IMG/VR virus record: IMGVR_UViG_3300026094_000002
Reading direction: 5' to 3' (one strand)
DNA from: a virus
Lineage: Duplodnaviria; Caudoviricetes
Length of the DNA: 64,000 nt
Under the pieces are notes generated by a model that was not told where the DNA came from, did no database searches, and saw nothing but the letters and a program-made list of their open reading frames with translations. The number at the start of each line of letters is the position of its first letter. The stretch's first letter is position 1. The translations under genes were made by a program, and so were the position numbers. Below are positions 56,071-64,000 of the stretch, piece by piece.

Positions 56071-56325
56071 TTATTCTTCGTCTTCATCATTAAAAAAGTA
56101 ATCATCTTCTTCTAATTCGTCAATATCTAGATCAATTTCTGGATGTTCTCGTTGAATAACCTCTTTAACATACGAATCTGATTTAAACGCTGCTACTATC
56201 TCGTCAGCAGAAAAATCATAATCACCGAGCAGATCCACTACAACTTTAGCAGCATCATCTCTTTCAGCCCTGTCAATATAATTCTTTAACTCTGTCCACA
56301 AATCATTTGCTAAATCAATCGACAT
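56071..56325 (-). CDS. Hypothetical acidic protein
   Basis: GGAGG RBS before MSIDL. Confidence 0.6.
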   Translation of the reverse strand: MSIDLANDLWTELKNYIDRAERDDAAKVVVDLLGDYDFSADEIVAAFKSDSYVKEVIQREHPEIDLDIDELEEDDYFFNDEDEE

Positions 56326-57391
56326 CACTTTCCTCCGTGTTCTCGTCAATGACGTCAGTACTTAGCACTTCTTCTTTTTTAACGAAATGTTGCATTAGAC
56401 TATCCAAACAACCATCATCGTTCCGTTCCCAAGCTTTGCGGAATTGCTTAATTTCTTCTCCGTCTGGTGTGGTGAATTTTAGTTTATTACCATCTTTTTC
56501 AAGCAACCCTTTCTTTTCAGCAAGATCTACAAGTCCGGAGTAGGGGTTCATTCCTGACTCATAAGGAATCTTTACTTGAACACTTTCAAAAGGCTTCGCA
56601 TAACGAGTCTTCATTACTTTACACCCGGCACGAATGCCCTTTACATCAGAAATCTTGTTGCCTTCTTCATCTTCTTTGAGTTTCATCTTCTTCATTGCAA
56701 CAACAATGCTTGAAGCATAAACAAAACCTTGCCCACCAGAAATCTTGTCATCTGGGTCAAACATATCCTGACTTGCATAGGTGTGGTTTGTGCAAACCAT
56801 TCCTACATTGTATGCACCAAACATATTAACACAGTTGCGGACAAGTGCAGTTAGGCTCTTTGCCTTTCTACCAAGATCGCCCTTCATATCACCCGATTCA
56901 AACTGGTTTACATCAGTGGGCGTAAGCATCATACCAAGAGAGTCAATGATAAAAAGAACCTTTGGCTTTTCTTCATCTGGAAGATTCTTGTAATCAGCCA
57001 TGAATGTACTAATAGTTTTAGCAACATCATCAACCATAGCCATACTAAGACGAAGTAATTTATCTTCACCCGTATCAACACCAAGTGCTTGTAGCCAAGT
57101 CTCGTCAAGAGCGTTTTCTGTATCAATAAGAACTACATAAATTCCTTGCTCCTGAGCATGGCGAGCGATGTTTCCTGAGCACATGTAACTCTTACCACTG
57201 CCGCTTTCTCCAGCGAACACGGTGACCTTTCCAAGAGGAACTCCTTTATCAAACTCGCCTGAAATAAGGTAGTTTAGAGCATAGTTTCCTGTGCTGATCC
57301 AGTCAGTGGGGTCATTGAACCCAATTGAAAGTCCGTCAATAGACTTTGTAATTTGCTTTCTAAATTTTGAAACGTCAAATGGCTTTGGCAT
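56315..57391 (-). CDS. uvsX: UvsX/RecA-like recombinase
   Basis: ISTGNYALN, AGESGSGKS, IDTENA, IDSLG, NHTY and SGGQG. Confidence 0.92.
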   Translation of the reverse strand: MPKPFDVSKFRKQITKSIDGLSIGFNDPTDWISTGNYALNYLISGEFDKGVPLGKVTVFAGESGSGKSYMCSGNIARHAQEQGIYVVLIDTENALDETWLQALGVDTGEDKLLRLSMAMVDDVAKTISTFMADYKNLPDEEKPKVLFIIDSLGMMLTPTDVNQFESGDMKGDLGRKAKSLTALVRNCVNMFGAYNVGMVCTNHTYASQDMFDPDDKISGGQGFVYASSIVVAMKKMKLKEDEEGNKISDVKGIRAGCKVMKTRYAKPFESVQVKIPYESGMNPYSGLVDLAEKKGLLEKDGNKLKFTTPDGEEIKQFRKAWERNDDGCLDSLMQHFVKKEEVLSTDVIDENTEESDVD

Positions 57392-57424
57392 GGTTTTTCC
57401 TAATTTGTAGTTTGTTTGTGGTAT

Positions 57425-57453
57425 ATTATATTATAATTACTCAAATTGAACAA
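57425..57453 (-). promoter_or_regulatory. Possible sigma70-like promoter TTGTTC-17-TATAAT for uvsX
   Basis: -10 at 57425-57430, weak -35 at 57448-57453. Confidence 0.5.
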
Positions 57454-58384
57454 GATGTTTTAAATAATCACCGCTAAAATAATGATGGTAGTTATATTCA
57501 ATTGTATCTTGTTCCATTAAATATAAATCTCTCCAATCATCAAATAATAAATTTTTAAACTTAGATATCATTTCTATCAATTTAACTAATCTTTTTACTG
57601 GATTCTCAATTAAATCAAACTCGTAATCAAAGATTTTATCATATTTTTTAAATCCATAATATTTTTCTAAGTGCTGGTGCCACATTGGTTGTGCATAACT
57701 TAAAAATAACCCCCTAGTAACAACACTGTATAAAAATTTTTCGGTTATAAAAGGATAATAACTTGTTCCCATAGTTTCAGAAACTATATGCAAAAAACTT
57801 TGTGTAAGTTGATTTTCTAAGTTATAGATGTTTTTTCCATGGTTATATTGAACATGCCCAAAAGAATAAATTTTGTTGTTAAAATCATCAAGATTTTTGA
57901 AAAATGCGGTGTAAAATTTTATTTCATCATTACTCAAATCTAGATATTCTAACTGACCAACTACCCAATCGTTACTATATGAAAAGTTTTTACTCGAAAA
58001 ATCAAAGTTGAAAATCCCTTGATTATTCAAAATTGCAGCTAATAGTTGTCTACTAACATGATCAGAGCCATTGAAACTACAAACAAAATTTTTAAAATTT
58101 ATTTCCGGATGATTATTGTAATTTATAAAATCATTATAAAAGTTGCCACTAATACAAAGATTAATATCAAATATAAATTTAATATTTGAATACTTGTCTT
58201 TAATGATATCATCAAATATATACTCACTTCTTACAATGACTTTTTCTGATCTATTATTTAAATGATACAGCAATTCATTATAGTAATTAATATCAAACCC
58301 ATGAATATGGTCAGACAATGTAACATCTAATACTGCATCAGTATGTTTGTTTATTTTTGAAATATATTTTTGGTTTTCTATCAT
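57437..58384 (-). CDS. GT10-like putative glycosyltransferase, paralog 3
   Basis: IVSETMGTSYYPFITEK...GFKKYDKIFDYEFD. AT-rich. Confidence 0.55.
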   Translation of the reverse strand: MIENQKYISKINKHTDAVLDVTLSDHIHGFDINYYNELLYHLNNRSEKVIVRSEYIFDDIIKDKYSNIKFIFDINLCISGNFYNDFINYNNHPEINFKNFVCSFNGSDHVSRQLLAAILNNQGIFNFDFSSKNFSYSNDWVVGQLEYLDLSNDEIKFYTAFFKNLDDFNNKIYSFGHVQYNHGKNIYNLENQLTQSFLHIVSETMGTSYYPFITEKFLYSVVTRGLFLSYAQPMWHQHLEKYYGFKKYDKIFDYEFDLIENPVKRLVKLIEMISKFKNLLFDDWRDLYLMEQDTIEYNYHHYFSGDYLKHLVQFE

Positions 58385-58399
58385 TCGTGAAAAATAATT

Positions 58400-58430
58400 A
58401 GGGCTATATGATTATTTTCAACATAGCCCT
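58400..58430 (-). terminator. Probable terminator after the SSB gene
   Basis: AGGGCTAT/ATAGCCCT inverted repeat followed by AATTATTTTT on the minus strand. Confidence 0.55.
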
Positions 58431-58444
58431 GTTGCTGATCTAGT

Positions 58445-59416
58445 TTAACTAGACTGTCTAGACCGAATCATTGCTAAGATATCTTCTGCTTTTTGAGTTC
58501 CGCCATCAGACTTTGGCTCTGCATCAGCTTCTGCTGGTGCAGGATCAGGTTCTGATGCAGTCTGCTCTGGCTCTGGGGTAGAAGTGGATGCTGGTGCTGG
58601 TGCTGAAGGGGCACTGTTTCCAGCCGGAGCAGACATTCCTGCTGGTCGGTAGTATGCACCAAAACGATCTGGATCGTATGCCTCACCATCAACGCTGGCC
58701 TCAAACATTTCCTTCATAACGCGAAGACCTTCTTCAGATGGTCGGTTCGGCAAGAAATCAGAAAGGTTGAATAACCCGTAAGTATTAATTGCCGCTTGTT
58801 CTTCTTCAGTTAGTGGTGTTTCTTTGCGTGACCACTTGGAAGTAGAATAATCAGCATATCCGCCCTTTGATGTCTTGTTAATACGGAAATCAAGTCCAGC
58901 GTCAAGATCGGTTGGCAACTCTTCTAGTTCTGGGTCCATCAATGCACTTTTAATAATATTAAAAATCTGTGGGCCAATAATAAACCGTCGAATTGGATTC
59001 TCAGGCGGTGTGTCATCTGCGAGTGCGTTCTCGCGAACAAATCCTTGGAAAACATAGCTACGCTTTTTCCAATATTTGCGTCCCATATCTTCAAGTGATG
59101 CGTCCTTAAACCAAGTTCTAACTTCTGCTAGAATTGGGCAAGAATCTCCCCACATTTCTACACAAGGTACCTGTACATACAGGTTTTTGCTGTCAGCCTG
59201 ACCCTTGATACCATTGAACGGAAGTCGGATCATTTGCCGTTCTGCCCAAAAAAATGTGTTTTTGTCGTCACCGTCAGGCAAGAAACGAAGCAAACTGCTG
59301 CCGCCTTCTTCCATTTTCCAGTGTGGGTAAATTACGTTGTCGCCGCTGGTGGTTTGACCGTCTTGTTTTGACTCTGCGGCTTGGAGTCGTTGACGAATTT
59401 CTGCTAGTGATGTCAT
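58445..59416 (-). CDS. Single-stranded DNA-binding protein (T4 gp32-like)
   Basis: LRFLP, CVE...CPI, WKKRSY, ADYSTSKW and a flexible Pro/Ala/acidic tail. Confidence 0.88.
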   Translation of the reverse strand: MTSLAEIRQRLQAAESKQDGQTTSGDNVIYPHWKMEEGGSSLLRFLPDGDDKNTFFWAERQMIRLPFNGIKGQADSKNLYVQVPCVEMWGDSCPILAEVRTWFKDASLEDMGRKYWKKRSYVFQGFVRENALADDTPPENPIRRFIIGPQIFNIIKSALMDPELEELPTDLDAGLDFRINKTSKGGYADYSTSKWSRKETPLTEEEQAAINTYGLFNLSDFLPNRPSEEGLRVMKEMFEASVDGEAYDPDRFGAYYRPAGMSAPAGNSAPSAPAPASTSTPEPEQTASEPDPAPAEADAEPKSDGGTQKAEDILAMIRSRQSS

Positions 59417-59519
59417 TAAGTTTTCCTCTATTAGCCTTGTAAATGCCTAGTGTTATGCCTAGTAATATGCCTGTGCATACACCACTTCGTAGTATATACA
59501 ATCCTATTTATTAAGTCAA
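59417..59519 (-). promoter_or_regulatory. SSB leader: sigma70 promoter with embedded TAAATA, 12-bp hairpin and AGGC repeats
   Basis: TTGACT(59514-59519)-17-TATACT(59491-59496); TAAATA at 59505-59510; stem 59474-59500; GCCT at 59434, 59445, 59457 and 59469. Confidence 0.7.
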
Positions 59520-59542
59520 GTGTTTTTTAAAAGATTTTGGTA

Positions 59543-60955
59543 TTATTTTTGAATACCGAGAAGACGTTTAAGATCTTCTAATCCGCTGTCTTCGGGATTA
59601 GTTACATCTTCCTCTAATTCTGGATCTGATTTTGGTTGGAGATAATTTTTTTCATCATCTTTGTCGCGGTCTGATGTAATCACATCACCAGTATCAAGGT
59701 CATGTTCTTCATCAATGTTATCAACTTTGACATCTGTAACACCAGAAATTTGAATACCAAACTCCTTAAGACGATTTTGAATTAGTGGTCTGGCATCAGC
59801 ATCTGGGGTCTTTCTTGCTAATTCTGCCAAGTCATCATATAGTTTATCATCACCAATAATATTATACAACCGCTCAGTTGCATTTATTGCATCAGGACCG
59901 ACTGTTATTTCGTTTTTAAACATTTGCCGCAGTTCTTCTTGCTGACGACGACTTTCTGGAAGATCCCATGTTCCTTCAGTGACCTGTTGTGTCCATTCTT
60001 CAAATTCGTTTAACTCACGCATTTCTTCTTCTTGCTTTAATTTTGCTAACACAGGTGCAGCATTTTCAATTCTCTGATCAACACGTGGTACCGCAAACAT
60101 TTCTCTAACTGCTTCAACCACTTCTTCTTGTGGTTCAATGTCACTTGGTTGCCAACCCTCAATATACTTGTGATAACCACGACGACTGGCCATACGTTTA
60201 ACACGCTTTTGCAATCTATTCTTAAATTCTTCTGCCAACTCGTAAAGATTCTGTGCATCTTCTGTCAATTCACGATTACGATTGGCTCTTGTAAATCCAC
60301 TTAATAGTTTAATTTGCGAAACCATCTCAGAAATATGCTGACCAAATGGGTCATACGGATTGCCACCTTCTGCAACGTGGCGGCTCATTGCTCTACCAGC
60401 AGATAGATTATTAAAAGGTAACTTAAATCTTTCACCTTCACCATTCTCAACAAATAGTGACGAAATATTTCTATATCGTGCATCTTCGTCGCCTAACTTT
60501 TTAGAATGTTTGATTATTAAACGAGTCTTTTGTGGTTGGTCTTGGTAACTGGTTTTTCTTGTACCATAATAACCTTCAAATAAATTCTCTTGTATAGCAG
60601 ACATTGACTGCATTCTATACTTTAGGCGGTTTAGATTATTAAGTCCGAATTGTTTGGTGTTGCTTTTGGCAAACATACGCAATTGATAAAGAAAATCATA
60701 CCAACGGTTTCTGTCTTTTCCAGTCATAGCATTTACTATGTTGTTACCATAAAAAACTTCTAAATTGCTATCAGAGTCTAACAGAACTACAACTGTGCCA
60801 TAATTCTTTTCAGGCGTCACAAAATTGAAACTGAACATATCAGCCTCACTTGGATCCATTGTAGCCTTTCCTTGACTGTTCAGGGCTTTTGGATCAAAGT
60901 TTTTGCTAACTAAGAGGTCAAATAGTTGTTTCGGTGTGTTTTCTTGTTCTGCCAT
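59543..60955 (-). CDS. Hypothetical late/virion protein
   Basis: TAAATA 5 nt upstream; LFVENGEGERFKLP and AGRAMSRHVAEGG; acidic tail. Confidence 0.6.
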   Translation of the reverse strand: MAEQENTPKQLFDLLVSKNFDPKALNSQGKATMDPSEADMFSFNFVTPEKNYGTVVVLLDSDSNLEVFYGNNIVNAMTGKDRNRWYDFLYQLRMFAKSNTKQFGLNNLNRLKYRMQSMSAIQENLFEGYYGTRKTSYQDQPQKTRLIIKHSKKLGDEDARYRNISSLFVENGEGERFKLPFNNLSAGRAMSRHVAEGGNPYDPFGQHISEMVSQIKLLSGFTRANRNRELTEDAQNLYELAEEFKNRLQKRVKRMASRRGYHKYIEGWQPSDIEPQEEVVEAVREMFAVPRVDQRIENAAPVLAKLKQEEEMRELNEFEEWTQQVTEGTWDLPESRRQQEELRQMFKNEITVGPDAINATERLYNIIGDDKLYDDLAELARKTPDADARPLIQNRLKEFGIQISGVTDVKVDNIDEEHDLDTGDVITSDRDKDDEKNYLQPKSDPELEEDVTNPEDSGLEDLKRLLGIQK

Positions 60956-60985
60956 ACTGTTATTTACCCAATATAGTATTTATTG

Positions 60986-62560
60986 TTAGAACATTGCAAT
61001 GAATGGCATTGGGTCACGCCGCTCACCGTGGTCACTCATTTGGCTGGTTAATTCAACGTGGTAGTTCTGTAATTGTTGTAACATTCTGACTACCAATACG
61101 GTTGCCATTACAAGGTCATCAGTCTCTCCCGGCTTTGCTGCATAACTTGCACCACGTGCAACAAATGTTTTTAATTCACTCATCAATGACCGACTAAAAA
61201 TCTGCATTTTCTCTGCTTCAAGCATTGTTTTTAATTTAGAACACGCTGCTAATTTTGGTTTATTACTGGTGTTAAATCCTTTTCTCAGTCTTCTTCCACC
61301 ACCACTACCGCTTGGTTGTTTGCTATCACTTAGAAAATATCCTTGTATATTCTCTTCGCCATAATCAGCAATAGAAATAAGTGATGCTTCACCAATGGTA
61401 TTATTCTCAACAGAATAGTAGATACTATTGACGTCATTAACCGTTTCATTAATATGTTTGCATATATCAGCAAGAATTCTTATTTGTTCAGGAATGTCAG
61501 TACGATTGTTTTTCCACTCTGCAACTTGTGTTGAGGTATTTGCCTCAAAAACTTGGATTGCAGAAAAATCACCACCTGTACCCAAACTTGGGTCTAATCC
61601 TACTACATATATATTACCCTTTTTAGGGCGATGATACCAACGAACTTCACCAGTTTTGTATAGTGGTTCTGATGGTTCTAAATCAATTAACTTGGCGGGG
61701 GCAATAAGTGTTTCATCCTGAATCAAAAAAGAACATTCATGTTCTCGCTCAAACCTATCGTCACCCAGTGCAGCACGTTGTTCAGCCGCCCATTTTTCAT
61801 CTCTATCAGGATGTTCTTGCCAGTATGCTCGGAATGCTTTAAACCCATTTATGCCTAATTCTGTTTTATTGCCAAACTCATCTTCTGTTTTGTTAGCACC
61901 TTTCCATAGGTAAGCAAACTGATCTTCATCTGAGTTTGGTGTTGAAGTAATAATTGCTTTACCACCAGTTGAGAGTGTTGGTGATATAGAAGTCCAGAAC
62001 TCTCTGGCAATAGTTGGCCTGACATATGCAAATTCGTCAGAATACAATAGTGTTATACTCATACCACGACCGGTATTTTCAGTTGTTGTTTGTGATACTA
62101 TTCGGCTACCATTATCAAACTCTATACTGCCTTTGTTATAACTTGTTGCACCTGCTCTAATATGATCTGGACACAATTCATAAGCATAACGAACGCGTTG
62201 CATTATTTCCTGAGCACCCAAATATTTGTGTGCTGCAACTAATATTGTTGAGTCTGGGACAAACATTGCATACCATAGTAGATAACCCGCAGCACATGTG
62301 CTTTTGCCACATTGTCTGGGGAGCATTGATATAGAAAATCTGTAATTATGATAGGTATCAATCAAACGGGTTTGGAACTCAAATGGGGCATACAACATTC
62401 TTCCCTTGGTGGGATGCTGAATGTAAAAGAAATTCTTAAGAAAATATTGTGGTCCAGTATTGGGGTCAGCACACGCGGCAAACTCTATTAACTGTTCTTC
62501 TGAATAACTTTCTTGTTTATGTGGGTTCTTTATTAGAACCCCTTCCATTGTTTTACTCAT
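60986..62560 (-). CDS. Terminase large subunit (T4 gp17-like)
   Basis: PRQCGKST, LYSDEFA, TSTPN, GLDPSLG and DDLVMA. Confidence 0.93.
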   Translation of the reverse strand: MSKTMEGVLIKNPHKQESYSEEQLIEFAACADPNTGPQYFLKNFFYIQHPTKGRMLYAPFEFQTRLIDTYHNYRFSISMLPRQCGKSTCAAGYLLWYAMFVPDSTILVAAHKYLGAQEIMQRVRYAYELCPDHIRAGATSYNKGSIEFDNGSRIVSQTTTENTGRGMSITLLYSDEFAYVRPTIAREFWTSISPTLSTGGKAIITSTPNSDEDQFAYLWKGANKTEDEFGNKTELGINGFKAFRAYWQEHPDRDEKWAAEQRAALGDDRFEREHECSFLIQDETLIAPAKLIDLEPSEPLYKTGEVRWYHRPKKGNIYVVGLDPSLGTGGDFSAIQVFEANTSTQVAEWKNNRTDIPEQIRILADICKHINETVNDVNSIYYSVENNTIGEASLISIADYGEENIQGYFLSDSKQPSGSGGGRRLRKGFNTSNKPKLAACSKLKTMLEAEKMQIFSRSLMSELKTFVARGASYAAKPGETDDLVMATVLVVRMLQQLQNYHVELTSQMSDHGERRDPMPFIAMF

Positions 62561-64000
62561 CGTTGTTTTTTACGAATCCTTTGTATAATTCCCAAAGAGG
62601 TTCATCACGTTTAATCACATCTTCCGCCTCTGGCCATCGGCCTTTAATCACATCTTTAGCATACATATAAGCAGAATCCGGATCTTGTTTAATCACTTCC
62701 TCGCCTTCTGGCCACCTTCCTTGAACAACATCTTTAGCATACAAATAAGCCACATCTGGTTCTGTTTTAATTATGTCTTCTGCCTCTGGCCATCTGTCAT
62801 TAATGACCCGGTTGGCATACATGTAAGAATACCCCGGATCTTGCTTGATAATATCTTCCGCTTCTGGCCATCTTCCGCCGATAACATCTTTAGCGTAAGT
62901 GACAATTGGTCCCGATATCCCCTTTTGTAGAATTGCATCCTCTGCTTCTGGAAATCTGCCTTCTATAACGTCGCGAGCATATATGTAAGCGTAATTTGGT
63001 TTTTGTTCAATTGCTCTTTCGCCCTCTGGCCATCTTTCTTTAATAAAATCTTGAGCATAATAGAGAGCATATCTTGGTGACTGTGCAATTACTTCTTCAC
63101 CCTCTGGCCATCTGCCCCCAACCTTTTCTACAGCATATGTGTATGCTTCCTCAGGTGTCATTAGGGATGGTTTTTTAGAAATTAATGCATTCATTTGTTC
63201 TTGATCTAAGTCAGTGATAGAAAAATTACTTTCTGGCAAATAGCCACCACCTTTTATACCTTTAACAAAATCTTTTTGTAATAAGTCAATAATGTAAGGA
63301 TGATACTTCTCACTGGGTTTTTCGTTAGCTCTGCCTTTCATTTCACCAAGATATCCATTTTTATCAAGTATGAATGTAAGGTGCGGGCGTTGTTTTTCTC
63401 CAGATACCTTTGTACGGAAACTTAATATACGGTCGCCTTCTTTGGGTGTTGCTGTATTGCCACAATGGCCCATTGCTCTGCCTTCCAACTCACAATATTC
63501 TCTGTCTAATTTGACCCACGCATATTTGCCGTAATCAATAATGATTTGGTCATCTGGCTCCATTTCAAGTTCTTGTTCTTGTTTTTCTTTCCACTCTTCT
63601 TCTGCTGTTCGTAGTTTTGCGTGGAGTTCTATAGGTGTCATATCTGCCTTCCACTCTATCTCATTGACTTGGGGAGATTGCTCAAACATACTCTTCCAAT
63701 GGTCCATTGTAATACGAGAGAAATAATCCTTAAGACTCAAAGAATCATTGACTACACCAATGTTAAATGGTGTTTTAGTAATTTTTTCAAATTCTTTTTC
63801 TAACTCTAATATTTTGTCATTTTGTTCTTCTGGAGTTAAATCATCAGAGGCTTTAATTCTATCTGTTTTAGTTCTTACTGCGTCTTGAAGAGCCCACTTT
63901 CTCCACCAACGAAGCCACCACGTAATTCTATCCGCTCTCTTTAAATCTTTTCTAACACCATCAGGCACATAATCCACTCCTTGAATAATTCCTTTTGCTA
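62553..64000 (-). CDS. PcfJ-like domain protein with C-terminal 26-aa repeats, 5'-truncated by the window edge
   Basis: Frame is open to 64000; EGRAMGHCG..ILSFR; seven RWPE repeats. Confidence 0.65.
   Translation of the reverse strand, partial: AKGIIQGVDYVPDGVRKDLKRADRITWWLRWWRKWALQDAVRTKTDRIKASDDLTPEEQNDKILELEKEFEKITKTPFNIGVVNDSLSLKDYFSRITMDHWKSMFEQSPQVNEIEWKADMTPIELHAKLRTAEEEWKEKQEQELEMEPDDQIIIDYGKYAWVKLDREYCELEGRAMGHCGNTATPKEGDRILSFRTKVSGEKQRPHLTFILDKNGYLGEMKGRANEKPSEKYHPYIIDLLQKDFVKGIKGGGYLPESNFSITDLDQEQMNALISKKPSLMTPEEAYTYAVEKVGGRWPEGEEVIAQSPRYALYYAQDFIKERWPEGERAIEQKPNYAYIYARDVIEGRFPEAEDAILQKGISGPIVTYAKDVIGGRWPEAEDIIKQDPGYSYMYANRVINDRWPEAEDIIKTEPDVAYLYAKDVVQGRWPEGEEVIKQDPDSAYMYAKDVIKGRWPEAEDVIKRDEPLWELYKGFVKNNDE
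62604..63155 (-). repeat. Seven coding tandem repeats of ~78 bp (26 aa)
   Basis: Consensus P..AY.YAKDVI.GRWPE[AG]E..I; recurrent tctggccatc on the plus strand. Confidence 0.9.

Noticed and set aside
25083-62560. Inteins or introns in nrdA, helicase, uvsX or terminase
   Set aside because: Protein lengths are normal, motifs are contiguous and there are no Hint or LAGLIDADG insertions.
1-64000. CRISPR array, tRNA or rRNA genes
   Set aside because: I saw no repeat-spacer periodicity or cloverleaf/T-loop signature, and intergenic gaps are short. A tRNAscan or Infernal run is still advisable.
1-64000. Stop-codon reassignment (alternative genetic code)
   Set aside because: Core genes are full length under code 11 and coding density is near complete.

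Overview
This window is a segment of a large, AT-rich, T4-related myovirus (jumbo-phage-like) genome, probably infecting a proteobacterium. It is almost fully coding in the standard genetic code, and most genes lie on the minus strand. Core genes are terminase large subunit, gp32-like SSB, UvsX, UvsY, UvsW, gp41-like helicase, gp61-like primase, clamp-loader subunit, exonuclease, nrdA/nrdB, glutaredoxin, a PAAR spike and several virion proteins. Host-like genes are cydA (no cydB in the window), glyA, iscA, uvsE and a clpX-rpsU-hsp20-clpS block. About 16 sugar or small-molecule modifying genes are scattered through the window, including an amidinotransferase-hydroxylase-UDP-sugar dehydrogenase cluster and three GT10-like paralogs. 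The most unusual items are a Pol-beta nucleotidyltransferase fused to a ligase-like domain, an orphan cydA, a 192-aa miniature DnaE, two ROSE-like RNA thermometer leaders, a structured repeat leader on the SSB gene, a DNA ligase lacking its OB domain, and many near-leaderless genes behind sigma70-like or TAAATA promoters. I saw no tRNA, rRNA, CRISPR array, intein or intron. All calls come from motifs read by eye; no searches were run.
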